Of a stretch of 64,000 nt of DNA, positions 48,551 to 58,585 are shown piece after piece. Origin of the DNA: Desulfatiglandales bacterium (lineage in GTDB: Bacteria; Desulfobacterota; DSM-4660; Desulfatiglandales; HGW-15); NCBI GenBank assembly GCA_963667015.2, contig CAXXJJ010000001.1, forward strand, positions 64,001-128,000, given 5' to 3'. A model generated the notes under the pieces. The model was not told where the DNA came from and searched no databases. It worked only from the letters and a program-made list of their open reading frames with translations. A program made the translations under genes and the position numbers. Position 1 is the stretch's first letter. Each line of letters begins with the position of its first letter.

Positions 48551-49303
48551 TTATAGAGGATTCAGGTTATCCGAAATATGTTCCCTTGAAATAATTACCT
48601 CGACACGCCGATTAGCGCTGCGTCCCTCGGGGGTTTCATTGGTTTCAATCGGACTGTTCTCAGCATATCCTGTTACCTGAATCTGTGCTGGAGGAATATC
48701 CGTTTCTTCGATTAAAAACCTGGCTGCAACACTTGCCCGGGCCGTTGATAATTCCCAGTTGGATGGAAATCTGTCCGTTTGAATCGGTATATTATCAGTG
48801 TGCCCTGCTACTGTCACAGCATAATTTGTACCCTGGATTAATTGACCTATTGCCATTAGAGAACCAATCGCATCCGATTTAAGTTCTGCCTCCGCCGTAT
48901 CAAACAGTACATCACTGGGGAGAATAATTTTTACGGCCTTTTCTCTGGTAAGTTCTACAGAGGCAATATCCTTGATATCTTCTATCCTTAAGGTTTGCGT
49001 GTTTATTTCCCGGTCTGTGGATATATCCTCTGTCCGGACTGTTTGTATCTCCACCTGATAGCTGATGCCCGGTTCTGCAGATGAAGCCTTTACCTCTTTG
49101 TTGGTTGTGTGATAAACATAAAGCAATGCAAAAAGAACAAACATCGTCATCATAAGATCGGACCATGGAACAGACCAGTGGGAAGCCTTTTTTGTTTCCC
49201 TGTTAAAAAATATACCGGCCCCCTGCAGGGGCTCAAGGTATGCGGCTATTCCGTCGTCTATGTTATTTTCAGGCAGTGAAAGATTTTCTTTAAAAGGATA
49301 CAA
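48551..49303 (-). CDS. motB: MotB-family stator subunit with OmpA-like peptidoglycan-binding domain
   Basis: WSVPWSDLMMTMFVLF (conserved Asp), VLFD, VAGHTDNIP, SNWELSTARA, NRRVEV. Confidence 0.8.
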   Translation of the reverse strand: MYPFKENLSLPENNIDDGIAAYLEPLQGAGIFFNRETKKASHWSVPWSDLMMTMFVLFALLYVYHTTNKEVKASSAEPGISYQVEIQTVRTEDISTDREINTQTLRIEDIKDIASVELTREKAVKIILPSDVLFDTAEAELKSDAIGSLMAIGQLIQGTNYAVTVAGHTDNIPIQTDRFPSNWELSTARASVAARFLIEETDIPPAQIQVTGYAENSPIETNETPEGRSANRRVEVIISREHISDNLNPL

Positions 49304-49417
49304 ACGTTTCTCCTCTTCGCGGTATTCTTAAATAATGTTCAGCCTTTTTGATTACTATTTTCTGCTTAATTTTTCTAATTTTCCAATATGCAATAGGACC
49401 CTCTCGGGAAAATATTC

Positions 49418-49433
49418 TGCTAAAACCATGCCA
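49418..49433 (-). promoter_or_regulatory. Putative sigma-54 promoter for motB-motA
   Basis: Minus strand TGGCATGGTTTTAGCA = TGGCA-N7-TAGCA with exact GG-N10-GC spacing. Confidence 0.6.
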
Positions 49434-49857
49434 ATCTTTATTCATGGGCTATCCTACTGATTTTATGGCGTTTATGTTTTTTCTGTTCTCAAAGGCAAGC
49501 GTTTAAGGAATGTTTTTCCTGTTATGAGAGGGAAAATTTAACCTAGTTTAAGCCCCAATGTTGTTGATTTAAGCATTGATTTTTAACCGCATCGCGGTGA
49601 TATATTAATAGCCACAATATTACATAAATATTTAGCCCCGGAGGGGTGACATAGTTTTCATGTGCCGCTCCTACAGAGCTTATCATTTTATATGCATCTG
49701 TGTTTCTATTAATATATCGCATCCAGGGATGCTTTTTGGATGCAACTTCCATAATTCAACAACATTGAGTTTATGCCCCCTCCCACCAGGCAGGGAAAAC
49801 TGTTTAGACATAGAATTTTCCAGTTACAATATTGGGATTCATAAAAGATATTATCTT

Positions 49858-50739
49858 TTATGAATCCCAGATGATGATCTCCGGGAAATCTGTGGCTGTC
49901 AGGTCTTTTGCAAGGGTCCGGGGAATAATCTCGGCCAGTTCTTCGGATGTCCAGCCCTCTTTTTTCCGAACAATATCCTTCACGGGTGGCGGATCCATAA
50001 AAATGCCGACATGTCCCTTCCACACCTCAAATATCTGTCCGTTAATGTTTCCTGCCGGTTCGCTTGCAAGATACACTACAAGACTTGCTACATCTTCAGG
50101 ACGGTTAGCCGCTACCAGGGGAATGTCTTCCTTGGTTCCGCGCCATGCCGCAATTGGTCGGATGGCGTTAACCGTGATTCCAAACTCTGCAACATCCCTT
50201 GCCACTGTCCTTGTCATTCCGACAATACCTTCCTTGGCAGCACTGTAGTCAGCAAACCCGCGCCATCCAAAGGCAGTGTGAGAGGCAGTATTTATGATCC
50301 TGCCATATTTCTGCTTCTTCATATATGAGCAGGCCTTCCTTAATGTAAAGAACATGCCGTAGAGATGTGTCCTGAGTACAATGTCCCAGTCCTCAAAGGA
50401 CACCTCATCTATATCACGGGGTTCCCGAACGACACCCGCATTGTTTACAAGGATATCGATACGTCCGAAGTGCTCCACTGCTGTATCGATGATTGCCGCA
50501 GCACCTTCTTCTGTTGCAACCGAATCATAGCTGGCCACAGCTTCCCCGCCCGCTTCCAATATTTCTGCAATTACCTTATCAGCAGGTGCCGTTGATGTTC
50601 CCGTTCCATCTGTTGAGGTGCCTATGTCATTAACCACCACCTTTGCACCCTGTTCAGCCATCGCTATTGCATGGGCGCGCCCGATACCGCTGCCGGCGCC
50701 TGTTATTACTGCAACACGATCTTTCAGCATTTCCCCCAT
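49858..50739 (-). CDS. Short-chain dehydrogenase/reductase
   Basis: TGAGSGIG, VNNAG, YSAAK, VNAIRP. Confidence 0.9.
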   Translation of the reverse strand: MGEMLKDRVAVITGAGSGIGRAHAIAMAEQGAKVVVNDIGTSTDGTGTSTAPADKVIAEILEAGGEAVASYDSVATEEGAAAIIDTAVEHFGRIDILVNNAGVVREPRDIDEVSFEDWDIVLRTHLYGMFFTLRKACSYMKKQKYGRIINTASHTAFGWRGFADYSAAKEGIVGMTRTVARDVAEFGITVNAIRPIAAWRGTKEDIPLVAANRPEDVASLVVYLASEPAGNINGQIFEVWKGHVGIFMDPPPVKDIVRKKEGWTSEELAEIIPRTLAKDLTATDFPEIIIWDS

Positions 50740-50750
50740 GGATTCCCCCT

Positions 50751-52004
50751 TTAAAAAAGATCAAGATCCACTGTTTCCGCCATCATTCTGTGTCCTGTCT
50801 CATTAGGGTGGAGATGATCACCTGTGTCAGCAGCAGGTAACATGTGAGAGGCGTTTTCAGGGTCCTCAAGAGCCTTATCCAGATCAATAACAGCATCAAA
50901 CCGCTTACTGTTTCTAATCCAGTCATTCACGGTCTGCCGTGCTGATTCACGCCACTTACCATCGTAGAATGACCCTCCAAAGGGCAGTAATGTGGCTCCG
51001 TATACAAGAATACCCTTGTTATGCGAAAGATCGATCATCTGTTCATAGGCGGCAATAAGATTTTCTGCTACCTCTGCTGCGGCTTCTTCTCCCTGTGCCT
51101 GACCAATGTCATTGATTCCTTCAAGTATTATCAGCCAGCGTACACCCTCCTGCTCAATTACATCATTATTGAAACGTGTAAGGGCAGCAAGACCAAGGCA
51201 GTCACTGAGTACACAGTTTCCTCCTATACCCATATTAAGAACCGCTGTATTTGAGGTCTTTGGATTTTTACGAAACCTTTCGGCAAGCTCATCCGGCCAT
51301 CGATTCTGCCTGTTTGTTCCGGATCCACGTCCATCGGTAATAGAATCGCCGATCACAACAACTGCCTTTGCAGGCTCCGGCGCCAGTACTTCAATCGTGT
51401 CTATTGTGTACCAGTGATCAGTCCGGGCGGCTCCGGGTAAATCTACTGCTGTAACCCTGTCACCCTTTTCCAAAAAAGATGTGGTTCGGGATCCGGGATG
51501 TCCGGTCACATCCGGAGATGTATTACCAAAATGAATTGTTATGGCAACATCAGAGCGAGGTTTTAAGGTAAAGGTAAAAGGATCTGAGGTTACTGTCGAA
51601 CCCGGTTCAATTGTGATTGAAGGGTTTTCAGCAAACCTCAATTCAACATCTGTCTCAGGATCAATGGCGCTTCCTCCGGCGGAAGCGGCTACATGGACCG
51701 CGTTTAAATCAACCGGCTTTGTGCTGTGTTCATTGGAAAATCTCATCCTGAGCTGGTCTCCCCCGATGGAGACACGGACAACCTGCCTTAATGTATTGCC
51801 TCCCAGACCCGGTTCCGGCGGCATATTGTGAGGCTCAACAAGCTGCTGTGCCGTGCCCCAGGTGCCGATCCAGACAGTTGAAGATTTGTCTTCCCGGTTA
51901 TAGCAGGCAGTTAAAAAAAATGCCGAGAGTAAAAGTGTTAGAGATATCGATAAAATAATCCGGCGATGAGAAATGTTCTTAAAATTCAGGAATTGATAAC
52001 GCAC
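50751..52004 (-). CDS. SGNH/GDSL hydrolase family lipoprotein
   Basis: Lipobox LTAC; IGDSITDG, NMGIGGN, EGINDIG, GDHLHPN. Confidence 0.85.
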   Translation of the reverse strand: MRYQFLNFKNISHRRIILSISLTLLLSAFFLTACYNREDKSSTVWIGTWGTAQQLVEPHNMPPEPGLGGNTLRQVVRVSIGGDQLRMRFSNEHSTKPVDLNAVHVAASAGGSAIDPETDVELRFAENPSITIEPGSTVTSDPFTFTLKPRSDVAITIHFGNTSPDVTGHPGSRTTSFLEKGDRVTAVDLPGAARTDHWYTIDTIEVLAPEPAKAVVVIGDSITDGRGSGTNRQNRWPDELAERFRKNPKTSNTAVLNMGIGGNCVLSDCLGLAALTRFNNDVIEQEGVRWLIILEGINDIGQAQGEEAAAEVAENLIAAYEQMIDLSHNKGILVYGATLLPFGGSFYDGKWRESARQTVNDWIRNSKRFDAVIDLDKALEDPENASHMLPAADTGDHLHPNETGHRMMAETVDLDLF

Positions 52005-52079
52005 TATAAACTCCAGGTATAAGGTTTATCGGTAAAATTATTCAGGCCATAAAAACATCATCCATCATCTATTTATATA

Positions 52080-53462
52080 CTAAAGTTTCGCAGTTGATAA
52101 ATTAATAGGTTTAACAATAGTATCTTCAATCATATCAAGTAAATGCAAAACAATATCGGGCTCTATTTTATAGCAAATTACATGACTTGATCTGATTATG
52201 AGTTCTTTGATATAGGCCCAGAGTTTTTCAACCATTGATAGCAGGAGGTTTTCATCCGACAGCTCTCTGAACAAAGGACCTATGGGTCCCATCACCATTC
52301 TTTTACCCAGGATATATACCAATAGTAGGTAACGGATCATAACCATGCTGTAGCTGGTGATAACCGCATCAAAAGTATTGCTTTGTTCTTTTCCCATATA
52401 AAGCATTTGCTTTGCATCCTTAAAGAAGACTTCAATGGCCCAGCGGCGGGCATAGTAACTCAGCATATCAGATGCTGCTATCTCTGTGTCCGTTGATAAA
52501 AGAGCATGCCAGTCTTTTTTACCGTCAGACAGGAACAGAAGACGAACATTCCCCGTCTTTGGAAGCTTAACATTAAGGCAGGCTGCCTTCACATTGTAGC
52601 CGGGAAGCAAAACAGTCTGTTTCTTTGCCACCTTCTGCCATAGTTGCTTCAATGTATACTTTTGCCCGTGGTATTCATACTTCACCCGGTTCCTTTTTAG
52701 CCTGCATATAACACCGTAACCTATTGAGTATATCTGGCTGATAACATCATCGTGAGCGAACCAACTGTCAAATAGTACAAAGCTTGCATCAATACCGGAT
52801 TTCCAGGCTCTGTCAATCATGCTGATTAAAGTTTCTGTCTTCTTACTTAGAGCTTCCTTACGTCTGCGCCATCCGATGGTTCTTTTATCTATGTCCCTGA
52901 GTTTGTTATTGGGACGTTTGCTAGATGTATTTAGAGAAGCATCCAGAGGGAAAAAGTTGATGCCATTATGATATCCAAGCTGCAGACATTGGATTCCTAA
53001 AATAGAACGATTCGTCTTATGATCAAAGTGATAACTTGCAAGCTCTATATCTTTTCCTGTTTTGGGCATCAATGAATCATCAGCAATCAAAACCTTTTGC
53101 GTCAAAGGGACATCATTGCTGCATTCTATTATTTTTAAAGCGAGGAGATATACAAACTTACGCCAATTAAATCTTTCATGGTTCAGAAATCTGTAAAAAA
53201 CATCCTTTTGTGCGTTGGTAGCATTATTAAGGTACTCTGAATTCCAGATATCAGTAAGGGTTCTTTTCAAAAATGGAAGCAGGACAATAAGGAAAAGCAG
53301 TGTAATAGTTTTATATCCTCTTATTTTTCTTATCCCGCTTCGATTAAGAAGTGACCTGAATTTGAGTTCCTTGAATGCGCTGTTTATCTCCGAATCGATA
53401 ACAACATTTTTATTTGAAATCTGTTTTTGCAATGAGAGGGAAAATGTATTATTAAGTTTCAT
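52080..53462 (-). CDS. DDE transposase (IS4/IS701-like)
   Basis: LIADDS, VLFDSWF, YARRWAIEVFFKDAKQ (Y-2-R-3-E-K signature). Confidence 0.9.
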   Translation of the reverse strand: MKLNNTFSLSLQKQISNKNVVIDSEINSAFKELKFRSLLNRSGIRKIRGYKTITLLFLIVLLPFLKRTLTDIWNSEYLNNATNAQKDVFYRFLNHERFNWRKFVYLLALKIIECSNDVPLTQKVLIADDSLMPKTGKDIELASYHFDHKTNRSILGIQCLQLGYHNGINFFPLDASLNTSSKRPNNKLRDIDKRTIGWRRRKEALSKKTETLISMIDRAWKSGIDASFVLFDSWFAHDDVISQIYSIGYGVICRLKRNRVKYEYHGQKYTLKQLWQKVAKKQTVLLPGYNVKAACLNVKLPKTGNVRLLFLSDGKKDWHALLSTDTEIAASDMLSYYARRWAIEVFFKDAKQMLYMGKEQSNTFDAVITSYSMVMIRYLLLVYILGKRMVMGPIGPLFRELSDENLLLSMVEKLWAYIKELIIRSSHVICYKIEPDIVLHLLDMIEDTIVKPINLSTAKL

Positions 53463-53604
53463 GAGGTGGCTCCTTTTTGTTAGTAAATTTAATATCTTAG
53501 CCGATTCAAATATACTAATTTAGGGGCCGCCTTTCAACTATTTTATCAATATTTTCAAACTTTTATCCCTCTTTTTTTTATAAAATTTAACTGCGAAACT
53601 TTAG
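52080..53604 (-). mobile_element. IS4/IS701-like insertion sequence (1525 bp)
   Basis: Perfect 16-bp IR CTAAAGTTTCGCAGTT (52080-52095) / AACTGCGAAACTTTAG (53589-53604); 7-bp direct repeat TTATATA on both flanks. Confidence 0.9.
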
Positions 53605-53756
53605 TTATATATTTAGATATATATAAATTCAAACAGATACGGTGTCTTCAGGCTCGTTAATCAAAAAAAACTGCACCTGCTCTTTAGAGACAGGCTTATT
53701 GAGGATGTGGTGGTTGGGTCGGATAATACTTCTAATTATCATTCTGCTGATTTAAA

Positions 53757-54668
53757 TTATCCCTTATATTTAATGAAGGTTCCATCTTTATACTCTTCAA
53801 ATGCGGTTTCAAGCTCCTCCTGTGTATTCATAACAATCGGCCCATACCAGGCAACCGACTCTTTAAGGGGTTTACCCGAAATCAGAAGAAATCTTACACC
53901 CTGTCCTTCGGTGAATACCTTTATTTCTTCTCCATCATCAAATAATACAAGCTCTCCGTTCTGGATAAATGGTTCGCGTTTAATATCAAAATAGTTTGTT
54001 CCGGCAACTTCATAGTTAAAAGGATTTTTCTCTTTACAGAAATATCCCCTGCCATCGATAACATAGGCAAAAACCCTGTGACCCCGCTTTGTCGGGTGAA
54101 TAAAATCGCTATTTGCTGGAACTGAGACATCTAGATACTCGGGATCGATCACAATATCATTAACAGGCCCTTTCACTCCGGCTACTTCGCCGGAAATTAT
54201 CCTCACAGATGTGCCGTTTGAAAGTTTAACCTCGGGTATCTGACTGCTCACGACATCTCTATATTTAGGATTTATCATTTTTTCGTCGGCTGGCAGATTA
54301 GCCCAGAGTTGAAATCCGTACATCCTTCCCTTTGCGTCACCCTTTGGCATTTCCTGGTGGATGATCCCGCTTCCTGCAGTCATCCACTGCACATCACCAG
54401 CCCCTATAACCCCGCTGTTTCCCAGGCTGTCACCATGCTCCACATCCCCTGCAAGGACGTAGGTTATTGTTTCGATACCGCGATGCGGGTGCCACGGAAA
54501 CCCCTTAAGATAATGATCCGGATTATCGGATCGAAAGTCATCAAGCATCAAAAAGGGATCGAACATTGGCACTTCGCTGTATCCGAAAACCCTCTTCAGG
54601 TGAACACCTGCGCCTTCCATGGTTGGTTTACTTTTTAAAACCCTGCTTATTTTACGAGTCTCAGCCAT
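53757..54668 (-). CDS. Pirin family protein
   Basis: DPFLMLD, GFPWHPHRGIETITY, QWMTAGSGIIHQE, GFQLWANLP, YGPIVMNT. Confidence 0.92.
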   Translation of the reverse strand: MAETRKISRVLKSKPTMEGAGVHLKRVFGYSEVPMFDPFLMLDDFRSDNPDHYLKGFPWHPHRGIETITYVLAGDVEHGDSLGNSGVIGAGDVQWMTAGSGIIHQEMPKGDAKGRMYGFQLWANLPADEKMINPKYRDVVSSQIPEVKLSNGTSVRIISGEVAGVKGPVNDIVIDPEYLDVSVPANSDFIHPTKRGHRVFAYVIDGRGYFCKEKNPFNYEVAGTNYFDIKREPFIQNGELVLFDDGEEIKVFTEGQGVRFLLISGKPLKESVAWYGPIVMNTQEELETAFEEYKDGTFIKYKG

Positions 54669-54701
54669 CTATGGATACTTCTCCCTGTGATATTTATTTT
54701 C

Positions 54702-55011
54702 TTACTCTGCTTCACTCTGATTCCAGGTATTGTAACAGATGACCTGTGATTCAGGTTTCCGATCCCGCTGACTATGCTCAAGCTGCCTGTGCATTTTTAA
54801 ACCAGTAATTCCCGCCTGACAGGGCGTCGAAGATCTTTGCCAGGGCATCCTCTTCAGTGGCTACCAGAAATCGCCATGACTGATTATTAAAACAGGAAGG
54901 CGCATAGGTTGCCGCAGTCATGATTCTCTGAATGACCTCGCCGGATATCTTTTTATCACTGAACGCCCGGTAGGCTCTGCGAATGTTGATTTCATGAATC
55001 AGTTCACCCAT
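54702..55011 (-). pseudogene. Nitroreductase family gene with internal deletion and frameshift
   Basis: N-part RRAYRAF..AATYAPSCFNNQSWRF..WFKNA ends in TGA; another frame continues HRQLEHSQRDRKPESQVICYNTW, a typical nitroreductase C-terminus; the middle is missing. Confidence 0.7.
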
Positions 55012-55118
55012 AATAGTTCTCCTTCGTGTGGTATTTAAATTTAAAGTACATTCTACTAAAACAGCAATTTCGCCGTTAATGGGTGCAATCATTTATTTTT
55101 GTGATTATTTTTGCTGTA

Positions 55119-56096
55119 TCAGAAATTGCGGCGGAGAAAATTATCCAGAGCGTCTGCTGCAGCCTCCCTGACTTCCTGAGGAAAGGGGCCATTTATTAAC
55201 GATTTTATAAAAGGGATCATAGACTGATCTCCAGACTCACCAAGAAGATAAATTATATCCCCCTTTACACGATCATCCTGATCCGGAAACCTGTTACATA
55301 ATTCAATATTAATCCTGCGGCAGAGATCCTGGCTTTTTTCAATAAGATATTCGAAAACCGCCATGGCCCCCAGCCGAACATTCCATTTAATATCAGTCAG
55401 CACTTCAAGAAATGCCGGGAAGATCTCCCCCCTTGCAGCCATCATTTCTGCCAGCTCTTCCGCCTGTCCCTCATGGATAATATTCTTTATAGTTTCGACA
55501 CCAAGAAGCACCGGGTCCCGTTGTTCAATTACATTTATCAGTTCTTCAAGATCTACCGCTCCGGTCCACCTGAAGCTGTCATCCAGGATAAGTGTCGGCA
55601 CCGAACGGATACTATCCTTTGCGGCCTGTTCGGGAAACAGGCAGCCATCAATTACAGAAACATTTATGGCGTGGTTCATTCTGGCTATTGCCAGGCATCG
55701 GGTAACGACCTGCGGACAGAAGGGGCAGTCGGGTGATACATATATCTTAAGCGCTGCAGGCGTTGTGATTTGGGAAAGAATGGATCTTAACTCGCCGGAC
55801 ATATTTTCCGATGGAAATGAGGTCGATGACAAAGCTCTTAGGAAGGGCATGAATTCGTTGGAAAGGGGGACCGCGTGATAGCTTATATTCTGCCCGATCA
55901 TTATCCAGGATAGCGCATCTTCTTCTTTTTCATGCTTCAGGGTAATTTCAGGGACATGCCCTGCAAGCTCAGAGCAAAACATCTGCATCTGGCGTCCTGC
56001 ATCGTCATCCTTTATGGACAGTCTTAAAAGAGTGTTATTTTTGAGTCCCTGTCGCCAGTTCCCAATCTCTGTTTTTTCCCTGTCTGTCAGCATCAT
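55119..56096 (-). CDS. Thioredoxin-fold (AhpF N-terminal-like) protein with C-terminal HEAT-like repeats
   Basis: YVSPDCPFCPQVV, IRSVPTL; WNVRLGAM, VKGDIIYLLGE, VREAAADAL. Confidence 0.75.
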   Translation of the reverse strand: MMLTDREKTEIGNWRQGLKNNTLLRLSIKDDDAGRQMQMFCSELAGHVPEITLKHEKEEDALSWIMIGQNISYHAVPLSNEFMPFLRALSSTSFPSENMSGELRSILSQITTPAALKIYVSPDCPFCPQVVTRCLAIARMNHAINVSVIDGCLFPEQAAKDSIRSVPTLILDDSFRWTGAVDLEELINVIEQRDPVLLGVETIKNIIHEGQAEELAEMMAARGEIFPAFLEVLTDIKWNVRLGAMAVFEYLIEKSQDLCRRINIELCNRFPDQDDRVKGDIIYLLGESGDQSMIPFIKSLINGPFPQEVREAAADALDNFLRRNF

Positions 56097-56177
56097 ATGT
56101 GTTTCTATATCAAAATGACATCCATATAAAAACAGATATCTTAATTCAGGGAGTATTTATTCAAAGCTTTGTAATGT

Positions 56178-58106
56178 CTACCCCTCAACGCTTACAAATT
56201 CCTTAAAAGCCCCTTCAGTTACAAGCAGTGCTAAAAGATTCTTTTTAAGGGTCTTGATTGCCTCATATTTGTTTCCTTTATACAGGTAGGGATAAAAACC
56301 ACTGAACATTCCTGAGGTGGCCACAATCTGCCCATGAGATATGGCATGAATCCGGCTGAATTTGCTGATTCTTCCTCCGTTCATTGAATCATACCCGAAA
56401 TCACTGACATGCAGAAGACCGGGACATGGTTCTGAAAGACGTGTAATATACATATCTCCGCCCCGCATAATAAAAAGGATAGTATATTGATCAAGGATAT
56501 TTATGTTGTCAATTCGACTAATTGTCAGTTCATTAACCGGTGCTCCAAGATATTTTTCAGCAAGGGTTACCTGTGATATTGATTTATCAGTCATATCTTT
56601 TGTGTCAGAAGCACTTTGCGTCCATAACATGTTATTTCCGACAACAAGGCCCAGGACGTTAAGCGCAGTTATAACATCCCGTGCGGGGTCTTCCTTGACT
56701 ATTTCAGATTTATGCTCTTCATCAGCCATTTCAACTGACTGACTTTTTTTATCCTGCACAGGTATGGATATTTTTTCTGCCCGGATCAATTTATCCGGCT
56801 CCCCGATATTGACTTGAGTCTTTGATGCCTGGACGGTTTTTTCGATAGGAGATGACTCTTCATCAAATGTGCTGGTCAGTGATTTTTCAGAAAAAGAAAT
56901 CTCCTTTTCCTGTCCGGCTGGTTCTCTTTTAGATGTTGCATCCGCCTGAATATCAATATTCATGGGGTTCTGTAGATCAAATGTCTTATCCTGAAGCGGG
57001 ACGGGCGGAGAAATGCTTAAAAGTAAAATTGAAGGAAAAACCATTAAAATAAAAAGCACCGTGATTCTATCGCGCATATGCATAAAAGGTGTCGGTCTTG
57101 CATTTTCCAGGATTGAGTGAATCCGTGTTGTTGTCTTTGATACAACAGAAACAAAAGGCAGGGTAAGGGCAGGATTTCTGCCTGAATTATGCTGCCAGAT
57201 CTGGTTAAGTAGAAAGTCCGCATAGGAGACGGATTTATTGGTTATATGAATAACATGATTATCACAGATATATTCCAGCTCTTCATGTATTTTTCTTTTT
57301 GCCCAGTGAAAAACCGGATGAAAAAAATAGGCTGCACCAATAATTGATTCAATAAGGAGCCACCAGTTATGGTGCTGCTGAAGATGCTTCAATTCATGAA
57401 GCAGTGCAAATCTTAATCCTTCCCGGAATTCAAGCCTCAAAAGATGACGGGGGATTACAATTGCGGGATTAAAAAATCCCATGACCATCGGAGTCGAAAT
57501 CCCCTCAACCATTAAAAACCTCGGTGTATATCTTAATCCGGTCTCCGATACACTCTTTTGGAGCAATTTAAGAATTTCCGGATTGGTAACAGGGTCTGCA
57601 AGCCTTAATAACCTGTTTGTTTTATAGCCTGCAGCAATTACACGAGCCAGGAAAAAGGAAAAAATTACCACCCATATTATTGCGGCGGCCAGTTTCCAGT
57701 TTCGAATCAGACCAAACATGGTTGCCATGAGCCGGTCCCTTAAACCCTGGGTTGACACCTCATTTTTAATATATTCTTCTCCATTTACTCTGTTCCCGGC
57801 TGAGGCCTCAGGATTATTTGGAATAAAAGGCTCAATTGTAGAGATTGTTTTTTCAGCGGCACTATTATGCAGCTGAAGATAATTTAACTCCAGGCGCACC
57901 GGAATTTTAAGGGATTCAGGAAATAATGTCTTTAAGGGATAAACAAGCGGCAGGACAACAACCAGGGTGCATATGCATAGTTTTGCCTTGCCCTGTATCT
58001 TCAGGGATCTGATCGATAAAAAACTCAACAGCCCCAGAATAAGCAGCAGGACAGATGATATCGATAGATATTCAACAATTGTTTCAGTTGGAATTATTAT
58101 TTCCAT
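56178..58106 (-). CDS. BlaR1/MecR1-type M56 metallopeptidase sensor with non-penicillin-binding C-terminal domain
   Basis: TM helices, STPMVMGFFNPAIVIP, LLHELKH (HExxH), FFHP..W, EYICD. Start MEIIIP at 58106 overlaps the blaI stop. Confidence 0.85.
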   Translation of the reverse strand: MEIIIPTETIVEYLSISSVLLLILGLLSFLSIRSLKIQGKAKLCICTLVVVLPLVYPLKTLFPESLKIPVRLELNYLQLHNSAAEKTISTIEPFIPNNPEASAGNRVNGEEYIKNEVSTQGLRDRLMATMFGLIRNWKLAAAIIWVVIFSFFLARVIAAGYKTNRLLRLADPVTNPEILKLLQKSVSETGLRYTPRFLMVEGISTPMVMGFFNPAIVIPRHLLRLEFREGLRFALLHELKHLQQHHNWWLLIESIIGAAYFFHPVFHWAKRKIHEELEYICDNHVIHITNKSVSYADFLLNQIWQHNSGRNPALTLPFVSVVSKTTTRIHSILENARPTPFMHMRDRITVLFILMVFPSILLLSISPPVPLQDKTFDLQNPMNIDIQADATSKREPAGQEKEISFSEKSLTSTFDEESSPIEKTVQASKTQVNIGEPDKLIRAEKISIPVQDKKSQSVEMADEEHKSEIVKEDPARDVITALNVLGLVVGNNMLWTQSASDTKDMTDKSISQVTLAEKYLGAPVNELTISRIDNINILDQYTILFIMRGGDMYITRLSEPCPGLLHVSDFGYDSMNGGRISKFSRIHAISHGQIVATSGMFSGFYPYLYKGNKYEAIKTLKKNLLALLVTEGAFKEFVSVEG

Positions 58107-58497
58107 CTTCGCTCTCCTCTTTCTGAAGTGCGAGTATATCGTTTCTAAGCTTTTCAAACTCTGATTTACTTAGTTTTTCAGAATCAAATAATGTGCTGGC
58201 AAGCTGAACAGGCGATCCTCCAAAGGCCTTCTTCAGGAGCTCATTTACCAGGCGCTTTTGAGTTTTCTGTTTCGAGCAGCTGGGAATGTATACATGGGCA
58301 TGGTTTGATTCATCACGCTTAACGAGCCTTTTCTGGGTCATGATCTGAAGCATTTTCAGAACAGTGGTATAACCTGCGTTTCGTGTTTCATTAAGGATAT
58401 TCTGCACCTCACGAACAGTACTTGGCCCTGCTTCCCATAACACATTCAGTATTGCTAGCTCCACTTCTGTCGGGATAGGAGTTTCATCTTTTTTCAT
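58084..58497 (-). CDS. BlaI/MecI/CopY family transcriptional repressor
   Basis: PTEVELAILNVLWEAGPSTVREV, YTTVLKMLQIM..K.LV.R, FGGS...L. Confidence 0.92.
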   Translation of the reverse strand: MKKDETPIPTEVELAILNVLWEAGPSTVREVQNILNETRNAGYTTVLKMLQIMTQKRLVKRDESNHAHVYIPSCSKQKTQKRLVNELLKKAFGGSPVQLASTLFDSEKLSKSEFEKLRNDILALQKEESEDGNNNSN

Positions 58498-58585
58498 TTC
58501 TACCTCATACCGAATTAATGAAGTACCGGCTGATTATTTGATGTCCGGTACTTCAAGTATAAAATCAAAAAACACTAAACAAAAA

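Noticed and set aside
47624..49303. Zorya (zorAB) anti-phage system
   Set aside because: The MotA-like protein is 286 aa with no long cytoplasmic tail, and no zorC/D/E-like genes are adjacent.
54778..54780. TGA in the nitroreductase as selenocysteine
   Set aside because: The next codons are GCA TAG, so the frame closes at once; the C-terminus is in another frame.
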